Of a stretch of DNA of 44,163 nucleotides, positions 1 through 9,708 are shown piece by piece. How positions within the stretch are numbered: position 1 is the first letter of the stretch; each line of letters starts with the position of its first letter. A program made the translations under genes and the position numbers. The DNA is from a virus. Its lineage: Duplodnaviria > Caudoviricetes. A model generated the notes under the pieces. It worked only from the letters and a program-made list of their open reading frames with translations. It was not told where the DNA came from and did not search any database. Where the stretch lies: the IMG/VR virus record IMGVR_UViG_3300005713_000007, positions 1-44,163 of that record; one strand, given 5' to 3'.

Positions 1-1
1 C

Positions 2-91
2 AAGATGCATGAGCTATGGAGATTGATTTATACACCTGTGACGAGTATAAACGGCGAGATACCCGCAGATTTTCTTAGCCCAACGTTCTGA
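2..91 (+). CDS. Partial (5'-truncated) hypothetical protein
   Basis: Frame open from window edge (KMHELWRLIY...SPTF*) to TGA at 89-91, directly before the RBS/ATG of the next gene. Confidence 0.45.
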   Translation, partial: KMHELWRLIYTPVTSINGEIPADFLSPTF

Positions 92-97
92 GGTAAC

Positions 98-316
98 ATG
101 GCAGAAAGCATAACAGTAGAAGTGCAGCTATGGCCGCACATAGATGTTTGCAGCTCTTGTGGACGCGCTCTAGATGCGGACGATACCAAGGTCATGCTAA
201 CGCTGCAAGGAGGATTCTTAGCCGGAACTAAACCCACGATATGCAAAAGCTGTATAGCTGCCTGCGCTATACTTATGCAGCATGCAGGCGAGTCTCCGAC
301 GCTATTTATAATTTAA
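98..316 (+). CDS. Small C4 zinc-finger protein
   Basis: CSSC...CKSC; GAGG RBS upstream; packed operon. Confidence 0.7.
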   Translation: MAESITVEVQLWPHIDVCSSCGRALDADDTKVMLTLQGGFLAGTKPTICKSCIAACAILMQHAGESPTLFII

Positions 317-328
317 GGTAGGAATACC

Positions 329-640
329 GTGGACCGACAGCGGAAGCTGTACGAAGATAATATACCTACTAGAATGTCTCCTGTGTTCGAGTTTGATAGC
401 CATCATGATCACTGTAGCCTCTGCCATGCGGAAGCAGGTACTTACGTTAAGGTTATCGCTGCGTTCGATGACAGGCGCGTGCGGTATCTATGCAGGCGTT
501 GTATACAAGAGATTTATAACTTTGCTAATGGGCCAGCGTATACCCGTTGGCTTGAAGATGAAGTGGTTTCGCTTCGTGTAGATGCTAAGAGATCCCAAGC
601 TATTACAACGGAGGAGCAAACCGATGCCACGCAGCCTTAA
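329..640 (+). CDS. Small C4 zinc-finger protein
   Basis: CSLC...CRRC; AGGA RBS before GTG. Confidence 0.7.
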   Translation: MDRQRKLYEDNIPTRMSPVFEFDSHHDHCSLCHAEAGTYVKVIAAFDDRRVRYLCRRCIQEIYNFANGPAYTRWLEDEVVSLRVDAKRSQAITTEEQTDATQP

Positions 641-839
641 AGTTTCCAACTACGGCGACGATACTTGTCTAAAGTGCAACAAAGATGTAGAGAACGCAGT
701 CGCAATCGTGTTCGACGCTAACACAGCCGATGATAAATCCGAGAGCGTTGTGCTCGTGTTTTGCGAGGATTGCCTCACAGAGGCCATAGGCGACGCCAGC
801 CAGGAAGATGAAACCACGGAAATGTTACCCCGTGGCTGA
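624..839 (+). CDS. Small C4 zinc-finger protein
   Basis: CLKC...CEDC; start moved to ATG 624, which follows GGAGGAG. Confidence 0.7.
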   Translation: MPRSLKVSNYGDDTCLKCNKDVENAVAIVFDANTADDKSESVVLVFCEDCLTEAIGDASQEDETTEMLPRG

Positions 840-1029
840 ATCTCGGTTCGATCTAACTAAGCTTAAGTTTCTCACCCGCTCCGAATGCGAAGCAGAGTTA
901 ACTACAGCGTACGAAGCACTCATGCGTGTGGCTCTACTCGGTCATGGCAAGGGACGCGATCTGACGGTGCGCGCCGCCAAACTAGCACGCGAGGTAGAGA
1001 ACCTTAAACCGCTAATCAACGGAGGCTAG
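832..1029 (+). CDS. Hypothetical helical protein
   Basis: GTG 832 overlaps the upstream stop; in frame with ORF 808..1029. Confidence 0.6.
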   Translation: MAESRFDLTKLKFLTRSECEAELTTAYEALMRVALLGHGKGRDLTVRAAKLAREVENLKPLINGG

Positions 1030-1033
1030 CCAG

Positions 1034-1939
1034 ATGATCTTTTCTATATCTGAAATAAGGGAGTTTTTACGGTGTAAATTAAGGTGGGACTTCAGTTCAA
1101 CGAACAGACAGCGCTTATCTCCAATCATCGTCAAGCCTCAGCTAAGTTTAGGCCGCAATATACACGAAGGCTTAGCAGGCTGGATGGTTGACGTTGATGC
1201 TGATGTTATAGCCTTGTATATGCTAGCTACGGCTAAAGAACTAGCAGGCGTAGAGAAGTTTTACAAGGAGAAATACAGCAGAGAACCGACCGACGAGGAA
1301 TTAAGCCCTATCCTAGACAATGTTAAGCTAGGCCGAGCCATGCTCGGTAACTACCGACAGCGCTGGCAAACACCACTACCTAGTCATTTAAAGGTCATCG
1401 CGCCAGAGCAGGAAGTAGTAGTCGATATACCCGGTACTGAGCATAGCCTGAAGATGATACTCGACGGTATATGTCAGAGTAGCAACACGCATAACAACTT
1501 CATCATAGATCATAAGACATACAACATAAAGCCACGCGAGGAAACACTACGATACGACTTGCAGTTTACAGCGTACGTGTGGGGCGCCAACCGTTTAGGT
1601 TTAAACGTGGAAGGCGTGGCATACGACGGGCTGTGGAAGCGAGAAGAACCACCTAAGAACAAGACTCTACAAGACCTATTCACACGAATGATCATAAGAC
1701 CAGGAGTAGACGAGCTACTACAATTCGAGCAAACCCTACGCATGATAACCACCGAAATGGCTAACAAGCCGTTCATCTATCCTAACTGGATGAACGATGG
1801 ATCTTGCGTGTGGGGATGCATGTACAAAGACTTATGCATAGCCACGATGCGCGACGAAGATGTGGACTATGTTAGAGCACGCAAGTATATAACCCGCCCA
1901 CCAAGAGAAGCAGAGGAAGCACAACATGACGCTGCCTAA
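1034..1939 (+). CDS. PD-(D/E)XK exonuclease (Cas4/RecB-like phage recombination nuclease)
   Basis: C near N-terminus, G..IH, ILDG...IIDHKT, Q...Y and C-terminal CxxCxY..C cluster; adjacent to Sak4-like ATPase and SSB. Confidence 0.85.
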   Translation: MIFSISEIREFLRCKLRWDFSSTNRQRLSPIIVKPQLSLGRNIHEGLAGWMVDVDADVIALYMLATAKELAGVEKFYKEKYSREPTDEELSPILDNVKLGRAMLGNYRQRWQTPLPSHLKVIAPEQEVVVDIPGTEHSLKMILDGICQSSNTHNNFIIDHKTYNIKPREETLRYDLQFTAYVWGANRLGLNVEGVAYDGLWKREEPPKNKTLQDLFTRMIIRPGVDELLQFEQTLRMITTEMANKPFIYPNWMNDGSCVWGCMYKDLCIATMRDEDVDYVRARKYITRPPREAEEAQHDAA

Positions 1940-2819
1940 TCCTAACGGTGAACAGAAGCCTATAGACTTAACCGAGATCCGTAAGAAGTTCGGTGCCGTG
2001 CCTGTTAACACGCCCAGGGATTACGGCGTGTTCGGGTTCTTGTTCGGAGAGTCTAACACAGGTAAGACTACACTATGCGCGGGTATGGCTAAAAGCGTGT
2101 TCGGCGCACCGCTTCTTATAGTAGACATGGAAGGTGGTCATCGATCTATCAACGATATCAAAGACTTAGTTGACTACACGCCGGAAGTCTTGGATTGGAA
2201 CAAAGTCCGCAAGATAGCCGACGATATCATAAACACATCGCCTAGTCAGCTAGGTTATAAGACGATCATATTCGATAACATGAGCGAGGGCAAGAACCTT
2301 AGCTTAAACAAGCACAAAGGCAACCGAGAATATGCTGAGATACAGCACTATGGTTACGAAACCGTAGATATAGTCAAGATGGTACGCGACTTACGTGATT
2401 ACACACGTAAGAATCCTGTAAACATATGGTGTACCGCCTGGGAGGATTACGATACCGACGTAGACGCAGAAGGTAAGACCCGAGTAGTTCGCACCAGACT
2501 CGGCTTTAATCCTGCTTTGGCCGGCGATCTTCCCGGTATGTTGGATATCATAGGTCATTGCACCAAGGGTCTTAGAGCAGATCGACGCGAGCTTAGCTTC
2601 GAGGCTACGTCTAAAACCGTCGCTAAGTTTAGAAAGTCGGAGACTTCCCGCGCCCGGCTGATTCCAGACCGGATCTCCTGGCGCTTGACAGACTACCCCA
2701 TGGCGGATATACTGAGCACGTTGAGAGGGGGCAAGCCATGGCCTACTGATAAGTACGCATTTAAGCCACCTACGCAGACAAGTAGCATACCTGTCGTTAG
2801 CTCTAGCACACCGCGATAG
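1926..2819 (+). CDS. Sak4-like AAA ATPase (single-strand annealing protein)
   Basis: Walker A GESNTGKT, DMEGG, TIIFDN Walker B; typical exonuclease-Sak4-SSB synteny. Confidence 0.8.
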   Translation: MTLPNPNGEQKPIDLTEIRKKFGAVPVNTPRDYGVFGFLFGESNTGKTTLCAGMAKSVFGAPLLIVDMEGGHRSINDIKDLVDYTPEVLDWNKVRKIADDIINTSPSQLGYKTIIFDNMSEGKNLSLNKHKGNREYAEIQHYGYETVDIVKMVRDLRDYTRKNPVNIWCTAWEDYDTDVDAEGKTRVVRTRLGFNPALAGDLPGMLDIIGHCTKGLRADRRELSFEATSKTVAKFRKSETSRARLIPDRISWRLTDYPMADILSTLRGGKPWPTDKYAFKPPTQTSSIPVVSSSTPR

Positions 2820-2853
2820 CCGCCTTTTGCGGCAGAAAGAGTAAGTTTTCCAG

Positions 2854-3303
2854 ATGCGTATCAATACCGCTGGCGTTTCCATCGGCATGGAGCCGCTCCC
2901 TCCGGGTGACTACACAGTTTATCTTTCTAACTGGCGCGTAGGGCCGTCGCGCAGCAGCGGAAAGCCAGCTTATAGGCTTGAGCACACAGTCACCGAGGGT
3001 CAGTACACTAACCGCAAGGTGTACGATAACGGCAGCTTGCAGCAGGAGCATATCGCTAACATCAAGCGCGCTCTTACTGCGTACGGAATCGATGAGGAAA
3101 TCCTCGAAGATCCTAACGGGTACGAGCTTGAGGAAGTTCTCGCTCACATCGTAGAGCGCAAGAACGAAATCAACATCTTCGTTACTATCGAGGAAAGTCA
3201 GCAGGGTCAGAAGAACAACCGAGTACGCTACAAGCTGTGGCGAGGCGACAGCGGTGATGCCGTTGCGGCGGCAGCCGATGGGGATGGCTTCACATCGGCG
3301 TAG
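2854..3303 (+). CDS. Putative ssDNA-binding protein (DUF669-like)
   Basis: PLPPGDY, SSGKP, EGQY..RKV, N.V motifs and acidic C-terminal tail. Confidence 0.75.
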   Translation: MRINTAGVSIGMEPLPPGDYTVYLSNWRVGPSRSSGKPAYRLEHTVTEGQYTNRKVYDNGSLQQEHIANIKRALTAYGIDEEILEDPNGYELEEVLAHIVERKNEINIFVTIEESQQGQKNNRVRYKLWRGDSGDAVAAAADGDGFTSA

Positions 3304-3323
3304 TTTAAAAATCTACAGAAAGG

Positions 3324-3362
3324 TTAGCCCGCCCGGTATACCGGGCGGGCTAAGCCTATTTA
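3324..3362 (+). terminator. Perfect 30-bp palindrome; probable intrinsic terminator
   Basis: TTAGCCCGCCCGGTATACCGGGCGGGCTAA (3324-3353) followed by a T-rich tract, between SSB and primase genes. Confidence 0.65.
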
Positions 3363-3368
3363 TGGAAC

Positions 3369-5840
3369 ATGAGTGAAATACCCGCGTTCCTAAGGGCCGT
3401 TATTACACCTCTACCCAAGGACTACGAAGGCAAGGCGTATGTAAACTTAAGCACAGCGGATAAAGATGTAACTAAATCTAGCTGGCGAGAATATTATTAC
3501 GAGTGGCCGAATGAGTTAGAGAAGCTAGCGGCCGATGCTGCCCGCTTCGCCACGTCACTTAATGTTTACTTTACGGCACACTTGTTTAGCCAGCGAGATT
3601 CTAAGCGCGAGTACGTGCTGCCCACACGTACTATACAGATAGATTTAGATGAGGCAGACATACACAACCTGCCGGTTCAACCCATACGCTTGCTGCGTAC
3701 TAGTCCAGATAGACATTTAGCGTTCGTAATGCTTAGTGATAAAGCCGACGATGCTGTACCTCTGGACGAAGTAGAGAACTACAGCAAGATACTAGCTTAC
3801 AATATACCTAGAGCCGACATGTGTTGGAAGCTAGGACACAGAGTACGACTACCTTTCACCACTAACTTTAAGTACCCATCGTGCCCACAGGTTGAAGTAG
3901 TCGGTCAATCCACACATAAGCTAGATCCGGCTAGCTTAGATTCCCTATCTATACCTAACAACAAACACATTATCAACGACGAAGATGCCCTGGATTGGGT
4001 AGACCTACCGCACAAGGATGAGCCTAATATACCGCCGGTGAAGATCATAAAACAGCTTTTCGACGCCGGTGAAATATCGCATGGCAGCTATTTAGCCTAT
4101 AACATCAAGATGCCTGATCGTAGCGCCGCTCAATGGAAGCTCATGAAAGAGCTTTTCGAAGCCGGTGCCAACAGGGATCAAGTATACTGGCTAGCCAGCC
4201 AGTCCGATAACAATAAATTCGAGCACGCGCGTGATCTACGTAAAGATGTATTACGCGCTGAAATGGACTTCAGAAACAACCAGAACGACTTAAAAGAACT
4301 CTTACAGAATATTCTCAAAGACGTTAAGCTTGGTAGCCGAGAACAACGTATGCTAGACGTATCATCCAAAGTCATACGTGACATGCTAGACTTAGGCAAG
4401 TTAATCACCGATACCGATGAGTCCGTGTGGTACGTTCTTAAAGATACCGGCAAGCCCATGGATATAACGTCGCCACACTTCTTGATATATTTGACGTACA
4501 AATATGGATTAAACGCCTCTACACATAGCTCTAGATTCGCACGCGAGGAAATTAAAGGATACGCCAGTCAGATACCCAACAGAACCGAAGTCACAAGCCT
4601 AGGCTACTACGACGAGAGTGGTAGCTCCGTCATGATACACAGCGGCGGTAAAGATGTTTACATCATAACGCCTGATGATATAAGTGTAACCTCAAACGGC
4701 TCGCTGAGCAACGTGCTGTTCGCTAACAGATCGGTAGTAGAAACGTTCAGGCGCGATGAGCTAGCCTTATCAGCGATGAATGGCACACCATGGTATAAGT
4801 TTCTGTTTAAAGACTGCTTACATACAGTCTTAAACATGGACCGCGACGAAGCCGTAGCGCTGCTCAGCGTGCTGATAATTTACTTACTCGTACGCAATAC
4901 AGTGACGACTTGGCCGCTCCTGCTAAACATAGGCGAGCCAGGTAGTGGTAAGTCCGTACTAAACCGTGTGCAATACCGATTGCTCTACGGTAAGATGAGG
5001 AATCTACAATCCATAGGTGACGTAAACGAGTTCGATCTTATAACCAGCATCAGTCCATTCGTTGTTATAGACAACGTAGAGGAAAAGATAGGCTGGCTTG
5101 AGAGCCGCTTAGCTACTAGCATAGGCGGTGGCGAACGTATCAGACGGCAGCTATACACGGACAAAGGTATAGTAGCTTTGAAACGTGAGGCGTTGGTAAG
5201 TATTACCAGCATGGCTCCGCAGTTCGTCCGTGTGGACGTGCTAGACCGCAGCTTAACGTTGCAACACCATAGGTTACCTGAGTTTATCTCCGAAGCACGT
5301 ATACTTAACAACATATTGAAGCATCGTAACGCACTATGGACCGGGATAATGCACACTGTCCAAAACCTATTGCGAACACCACGACCGACGGATGGTATAC
5401 CGCAGTTCAGAATACAAGACTTTGCGGACATAGGCTATTGGATAGCTACATCTATGAACCTCACGGATGAGTTTAAGGGGGCGCTCTCCAAAGCTGAGGA
5501 TTCGCAGAGAGGATTAGCTATAGAGGATAACTATGTTCTAGTAGAAGCACTTAAGCGATGGGCAAGACGCAATCCTAACGCGAGTTTCATATCCACGGGA
5601 CAACTGTACAACGACCTTACTAGCGGACCAACGACGCATGGAGTCACCACGAACATAGTACATCAACCCTACGTAGATGATTTAGATTCCTTCAAGAAGT
5701 CTATTCCTAACGCGGTTAAGCTTGGTATTAAACTCAATATTAACCTCAGCATACTACGTCATGTACTCAATATAGAACAAGGGTCTGTGGGCGTAGGTTC
5801 TAATAAGACCGGATGGCGCATAAGGATTAAAGATGCCTAG
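3369..5840 (+). CDS. Primase-helicase (RepB/AEP-type primase + P-loop helicase)
   Basis: N-terminal IDLD, TSP.RH, RLPFTTNFKY; DRS motif; C-terminal GEPGSGKS and VVIDN. Confidence 0.85.
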   Translation: MSEIPAFLRAVITPLPKDYEGKAYVNLSTADKDVTKSSWREYYYEWPNELEKLAADAARFATSLNVYFTAHLFSQRDSKREYVLPTRTIQIDLDEADIHNLPVQPIRLLRTSPDRHLAFVMLSDKADDAVPLDEVENYSKILAYNIPRADMCWKLGHRVRLPFTTNFKYPSCPQVEVVGQSTHKLDPASLDSLSIPNNKHIINDEDALDWVDLPHKDEPNIPPVKIIKQLFDAGEISHGSYLAYNIKMPDRSAAQWKLMKELFEAGANRDQVYWLASQSDNNKFEHARDLRKDVLRAEMDFRNNQNDLKELLQNILKDVKLGSREQRMLDVSSKVIRDMLDLGKLITDTDESVWYVLKDTGKPMDITSPHFLIYLTYKYGLNASTHSSRFAREEIKGYASQIPNRTEVTSLGYYDESGSSVMIHSGGKDVYIITPDDISVTSNGSLSNVLFANRSVVETFRRDELALSAMNGTPWYKFLFKDCLHTVLNMDRDEAVALLSVLIIYLLVRNTVTTWPLLLNIGEPGSGKSVLNRVQYRLLYGKMRNLQSIGDVNEFDLITSISPFVVIDNVEEKIGWLESRLATSIGGGERIRRQLYTDKGIVALKREALVSITSMAPQFVRVDVLDRSLTLQHHRLPEFISEARILNNILKHRNALWTGIMHTVQNLLRTPRPTDGIPQFRIQDFADIGYWIATSMNLTDEFKGALSKAEDSQRGLAIEDNYVLVEALKRWARRNPNASFISTGQLYNDLTSGPTTHGVTTNIVHQPYVDDLDSFKKSIPNAVKLGIKLNINLSILRHVLNIEQGSVGVGSNKTGWRIRIKDA

Positions 5841-6117
5841 TGAGAAAGAGCACCGAAACAAGCAACTTGCTATCAACCTTGAGCCAAGCTTCTTTGCACT
5901 AGTTAGCATGGTCGCTGCTAGCGAAGGCTTCAGCAACAGCGAGTACGGTAGAAATCTTATCATCAGAGATCTTATAAACCGCAAGATCATCGACGCGCAT
6001 ATGCTAGCGGATATCATAACCGGGCGTACGCTCGATAAGATTAAGGCCATGATTAGTGCAGGTAATGTAAATGGTGCAGCAACTATCGCTAGCACAGAGA
6101 CTAGCACAACGACCTAA
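5833..6117 (+). CDS. Ribbon-helix-helix (CopG-like) DNA-binding protein
   Basis: QLAINL strand followed by two helices with A..EG.S.SEY.R.LI pattern. Confidence 0.6.
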   Translation: MPSEKEHRNKQLAINLEPSFFALVSMVAASEGFSNSEYGRNLIIRDLINRKIIDAHMLADIITGRTLDKIKAMISAGNVNGAATIASTETSTTT

Positions 6118-8428
6118 AGCCTTCGCATGCCACGAGAAAGGCATACGGGGCGATGGGCCGCTAGACGCGCAGGTTATGATTATAGGCCACGCCCCTGGTA
6201 GCCACGAAATGACTCAGCGTAGGCCATTCGTGGGACCGAGCGGACGCCTACTCAAGAACACCATACGCGATGTAGGTTACGACGTAGAGAGATGTTATTT
6301 TACTAACTTATTATGCTTTCAGACTGATAATCCTTCCCCTGAGGAAGAAGAAAACTGCTGGAAGCGACTAGAGCAAGAGATAACCTTCGTAGCACCTAAG
6401 CTTTTAGTCCTGCTAGGTCGTGAGGTATTCGAGAAGTTCATATACTTCCACGACTTTAGTGAAGCGCGCGGTATGATCCAATGGGAGCCTAAATACGACT
6501 GTTGGATCATGCCTACGTATCATAGCGCGGGTATTCTGCGAGCGGATAATCCTTATACATTGGCTGCGGATTTCGTCACCGATTTCTGTAAGATTCCTAT
6601 GTTCTTTAGCGATGCTCCACATCCTACAGAGACAGCTAAAGTGCAGTTCGCTGTAGCCAAAAACGCTCAAGAAGCCCAGGCTATACTTAACACGCTGCCT
6701 AAAGACCGACCCATCATACTGGATGTTGAGACAGACAACAGTGATGAAGATGTGCTTGACGCCCACAAGGATAAGCTTAGCTGCCTATGCCTTAGTGGTG
6801 GAGGCTTTACGTGGGTAATACACGCTGAGCATCTACCAGGACTCGTGTGGCCGCAGGATGTACAGTACAGCGCACACAGCGCTATGTTCGATATGCAAGT
6901 CATGTTAGCGCATGGTGTGGATCTTCCCATCGTTCATGACAGCTTGCTCGCGCATTTTGCGGTCAACCCTAGTGCGCGTCACAATCTCAAGACTTTGGCC
7001 CGCCAGTTCTGCTACGCGGGCTTCTACGAGGCCGAGGTCGCCAAGGCGCGCAAAGGCAAGAACGGGGGCATGGCGGCCGTCCCAGAGGCCGTACGGGACG
7101 AATACTGCGCCAAAGACGGCGCCTACGCCGCCCGGCTTCTCAGGCGGTTCCTGCCCACCCTGGAGGCCGAGGGGCAGCTACCCCTCTACAGAGACATACT
7201 CATACCTGCGGCGAACACATTCAAGTATATGCAGTTCTACGGAGTACCGATAAACCGCGATAGACTCGCGGAGCTGGCTTTAGAGTGGATACCCACTCTT
7301 TCTAAGAAATATAAGGCACTAACCGACTTCGTTCTGCAATACAACGGCACGAAGGATTTCAATCCTAACAGCGGCGATCAGCTAGCTAAATTCTTGTTTA
7401 GTCCACACAACGAAGGTGGCTTAGCCCTACGTAGCACGCAGCGTACAGCTAAGTCTAAGCGGCCGTCCACAACAGCAGAAGCGTTAGAAGATATAGAGAA
7501 CGATCATCCCTTCGTAGCACAATTACAAGACTATAGACACTTGTTTAAGCTAATGTCCACGTACGTCGAACCGATGCCTGGACTTATAAACCCTACGACT
7601 AACAGATTACATCCTAGGCCGCTGATACATGGCACAGTCGGTGGTAGGTGTTCCTACGGTGATCCAGCCATCAACACCTTGCCTCGTCCTGAGAATCCAA
7701 AGGACGCGGAATACGCCCCTAAATTGCGTAGACTTTTCACGGCAGAAACCGAAGATTATGTTATCATCGAGGCGGATTTTAAGCAAGCCGAGCTATGGGT
7801 GGCGTATTTCTATTCACAAGATGCGGTGCTCGGGCGCGATTTGGCAGGCGACATTCACACGCAAAATGCAATAGAAATCTTTAACACGTCTACTCCTACA
7901 CCTGGGCAGCGTAGTGACGCTAAACGTACTACATTCGGCATGCTTTACCTCATAGGACCAGATAAACTAGCACGACAAACTAAGAAATCTTACCACGAAG
8001 CTGCGTATTGGATACGCAACCAAACGAGCAAATACTGGCGCTATCGAGAATGGATAGACGAAGCATACCATGAGACTCGGCGACTAGGATACACAGAAAC
8101 CGTCACCAAGCGTAGGCGTCCGTTTCCGATTATATTCGAGGGCGACACCAAGCCTTTAGGTGCCATTGCTAACTTCCCGATTCAGAGTACCGCACATGAT
8201 TATTTGTTAGCAGGACTGATTGAGTCATATGGGCCGCTGCGTAGAATAGGTTGCTACGCCATGCTAGACATACATGATGCTCTACTCTTTCACGCCAAGA
8301 AATCCTGTTTGGACGAAGCCATACCAATGATTAAACATTACTTGACAAAGCCGCGCTTCGGATTCCCTGGCCTTCCTGTCGAGATTAAAGTGGGACTCAG
8401 TTGGGCTGAATCCAAGAAGATACTTTGA
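6071..8428 (+). CDS. polA: Family A DNA polymerase with N-terminal uracil-DNA-glycosylase-like domain and 3'-5' exonuclease
   Basis: UDG-like GHAPG, PFVGPSG, YFTN, TYHSA; ExoI LDVET, ExoII FD, ExoIII YCAKD; motif A DFKQAEL, motif B RSDAKRTTFGMLY, motif C IHDAL. Confidence 0.93.
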   Translation: MVQQLSLAQRLAQRPKAFACHEKGIRGDGPLDAQVMIIGHAPGSHEMTQRRPFVGPSGRLLKNTIRDVGYDVERCYFTNLLCFQTDNPSPEEEENCWKRLEQEITFVAPKLLVLLGREVFEKFIYFHDFSEARGMIQWEPKYDCWIMPTYHSAGILRADNPYTLAADFVTDFCKIPMFFSDAPHPTETAKVQFAVAKNAQEAQAILNTLPKDRPIILDVETDNSDEDVLDAHKDKLSCLCLSGGGFTWVIHAEHLPGLVWPQDVQYSAHSAMFDMQVMLAHGVDLPIVHDSLLAHFAVNPSARHNLKTLARQFCYAGFYEAEVAKARKGKNGGMAAVPEAVRDEYCAKDGAYAARLLRRFLPTLEAEGQLPLYRDILIPAANTFKYMQFYGVPINRDRLAELALEWIPTLSKKYKALTDFVLQYNGTKDFNPNSGDQLAKFLFSPHNEGGLALRSTQRTAKSKRPSTTAEALEDIENDHPFVAQLQDYRHLFKLMSTYVEPMPGLINPTTNRLHPRPLIHGTVGGRCSYGDPAINTLPRPENPKDAEYAPKLRRLFTAETEDYVIIEADFKQAELWVAYFYSQDAVLGRDLAGDIHTQNAIEIFNTSTPTPGQRSDAKRTTFGMLYLIGPDKLARQTKKSYHEAAYWIRNQTSKYWRYREWIDEAYHETRRLGYTETVTKRRRPFPIIFEGDTKPLGAIANFPIQSTAHDYLLAGLIESYGPLRRIGCYAMLDIHDALLFHAKKSCLDEAIPMIKHYLTKPRFGFPGLPVEIKVGLSWAESKKIL

Positions 8429-8910
8429 AAACAATACCTCTAACACAGGGATACGAAGCTATAGTAGATGATGAGGATTATGAACGCCTTATGCAATTTA
8501 AATGGTGTGCCTCTATAAGTCGATACCACGAAGATTCTAATTTAGATCGCGTATATGCCATAAGTAGCACCGGAATGAATGGACGCCAAATAAGGATGCA
8601 TCATCTATTACTTACTAAGATATCCGGATTAGACATTGATCACGTCGATGGAAACGGATTGAATAACACACGCAAAAATCTTAGATATGCTACTAGAGCG
8701 CAGAACATAGCCAACAGCCAAGAAAGAGGAGGTCGCTCCAAATATCGTGGAGTAGATTTTAACAGTAATATGTGGAGGGTTCGTATAGGTAAAGAGGGAA
8801 AATGTATAGGCTACTTTAAAAACGAGATTGAGGCGGCTAAAGCATATGATGAGGCCGCCAAAGAACGATATGGTGAATTTGCCAGGCTCAATTTCCCGTC
8901 GGAAGGCTAG
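8425..8910 (+). CDS. HNH endonuclease with C-terminal AP2 domain (free-standing homing endonuclease)
   Basis: DHVDGNGLNNTRKNLR HNH motif; SKYRGV..W...IGYF..E.EAAKAYDEAA..YGEFARLNF AP2 motif. Confidence 0.92.
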   Translation: MKTIPLTQGYEAIVDDEDYERLMQFKWCASISRYHEDSNLDRVYAISSTGMNGRQIRMHHLLLTKISGLDIDHVDGNGLNNTRKNLRYATRAQNIANSQERGGRSKYRGVDFNSNMWRVRIGKEGKCIGYFKNEIEAAKAYDEAAKERYGEFARLNFPSEG

Positions 8911-8911
8911 A

Positions 8912-9298
8912 ATGAAACCGATATTAGCTATCGATCCAGGAGGAACAACGGGTATAGCTATAAAGCTACCCACCGGAGATTATCATACTTGCGTAGTCAA
9001 CGAGAACAGCGAAGTATACGAGTTTGTAGTTAAGTACAACTATGACAAAGTATTAGTGGAGCAGTTTGCTACTAATAATGTTATATCCAAGTATGGCTTA
9101 AGGACCGCGGAACTGGTGGGTGGCATTGAGGCGCTTTGCTGGCTGCGTAAGATAGAGTTAGTGCGTCGCATGCCACAGCATCGTGTCATATGCTTAAAGC
9201 AGGCGGCGATTATGCTTAAGGATGTACCGGCTTTGATGGATCATCAAATCGACAGTTTAGCGCACCTTCTAGCGTACGAGAGGATGCACGCTGCATGA
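8912..9298 (+). CDS. RuvC-like Holliday junction resolvase
   Basis: ILAIDPGGTTGIA, VLVEQF, H..D; start moved to ATG 8912. Confidence 0.8.
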   Translation: MKPILAIDPGGTTGIAIKLPTGDYHTCVVNENSEVYEFVVKYNYDKVLVEQFATNNVISKYGLRTAELVGGIEALCWLRKIELVRRMPQHRVICLKQAAIMLKDVPALMDHQIDSLAHLLAYERMHAA

Positions 9299-9708
9299 AG
9301 CTACCGCAGAACGGCGTTACTTCTTTCACGTACTATGCACTACAGACCAAAAACAGCTTTGGATGGACGTACGTAGTACCACCTGTGCTCGCAGAGCGTA
9401 TGGCTAAGCTACGGGATTCCACAGGGGAACACGGATTCTCGGAATTAGGTGACGCAGTTAAAGCCGCACAAACACTTAAGTTTCTGAATCCCATGGAATA
9501 CTCCGACGATAATCTACGTGTCGTGGAAGTTCGCGTAGAGATAAACGTAACTCCTAAACACGCTTTTATAATCACGTACGGTCAGATGATCGACAAGGAA
9601 CGGATACGCCATAACACTGTCAAAGAGGAAGTTAGAGTTTATACTTTCCCGCCTAAGCAAGACGACGAAGGCGAAGTAATTGATACCGTTCCCCAACCAG
9701 AAGTTTGA
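9295..9708 (+). CDS. Hypothetical protein
   Basis: ATGA coupling to the upstream gene; 137-aa ORF in operon. Confidence 0.7.
   Translation: MKLPQNGVTSFTYYALQTKNSFGWTYVVPPVLAERMAKLRDSTGEHGFSELGDAVKAAQTLKFLNPMEYSDDNLRVVEVRVEINVTPKHAFIITYGQMIDKERIRHNTVKEEVRVYTFPPKQDDEGEVIDTVPQPEV

Noticed and set aside
1034-1939. Cas4-like protein as evidence of CRISPR-Cas
   Set aside because: No array or other cas genes; context is the standard exonuclease-Sak4-SSB module
8425-8910. Group I intron or intein associated with the polymerase
   Set aside because: PolA motifs A-C are contiguous and complete upstream; the HNH-AP2 gene is free-standing and coupled to its neighbours
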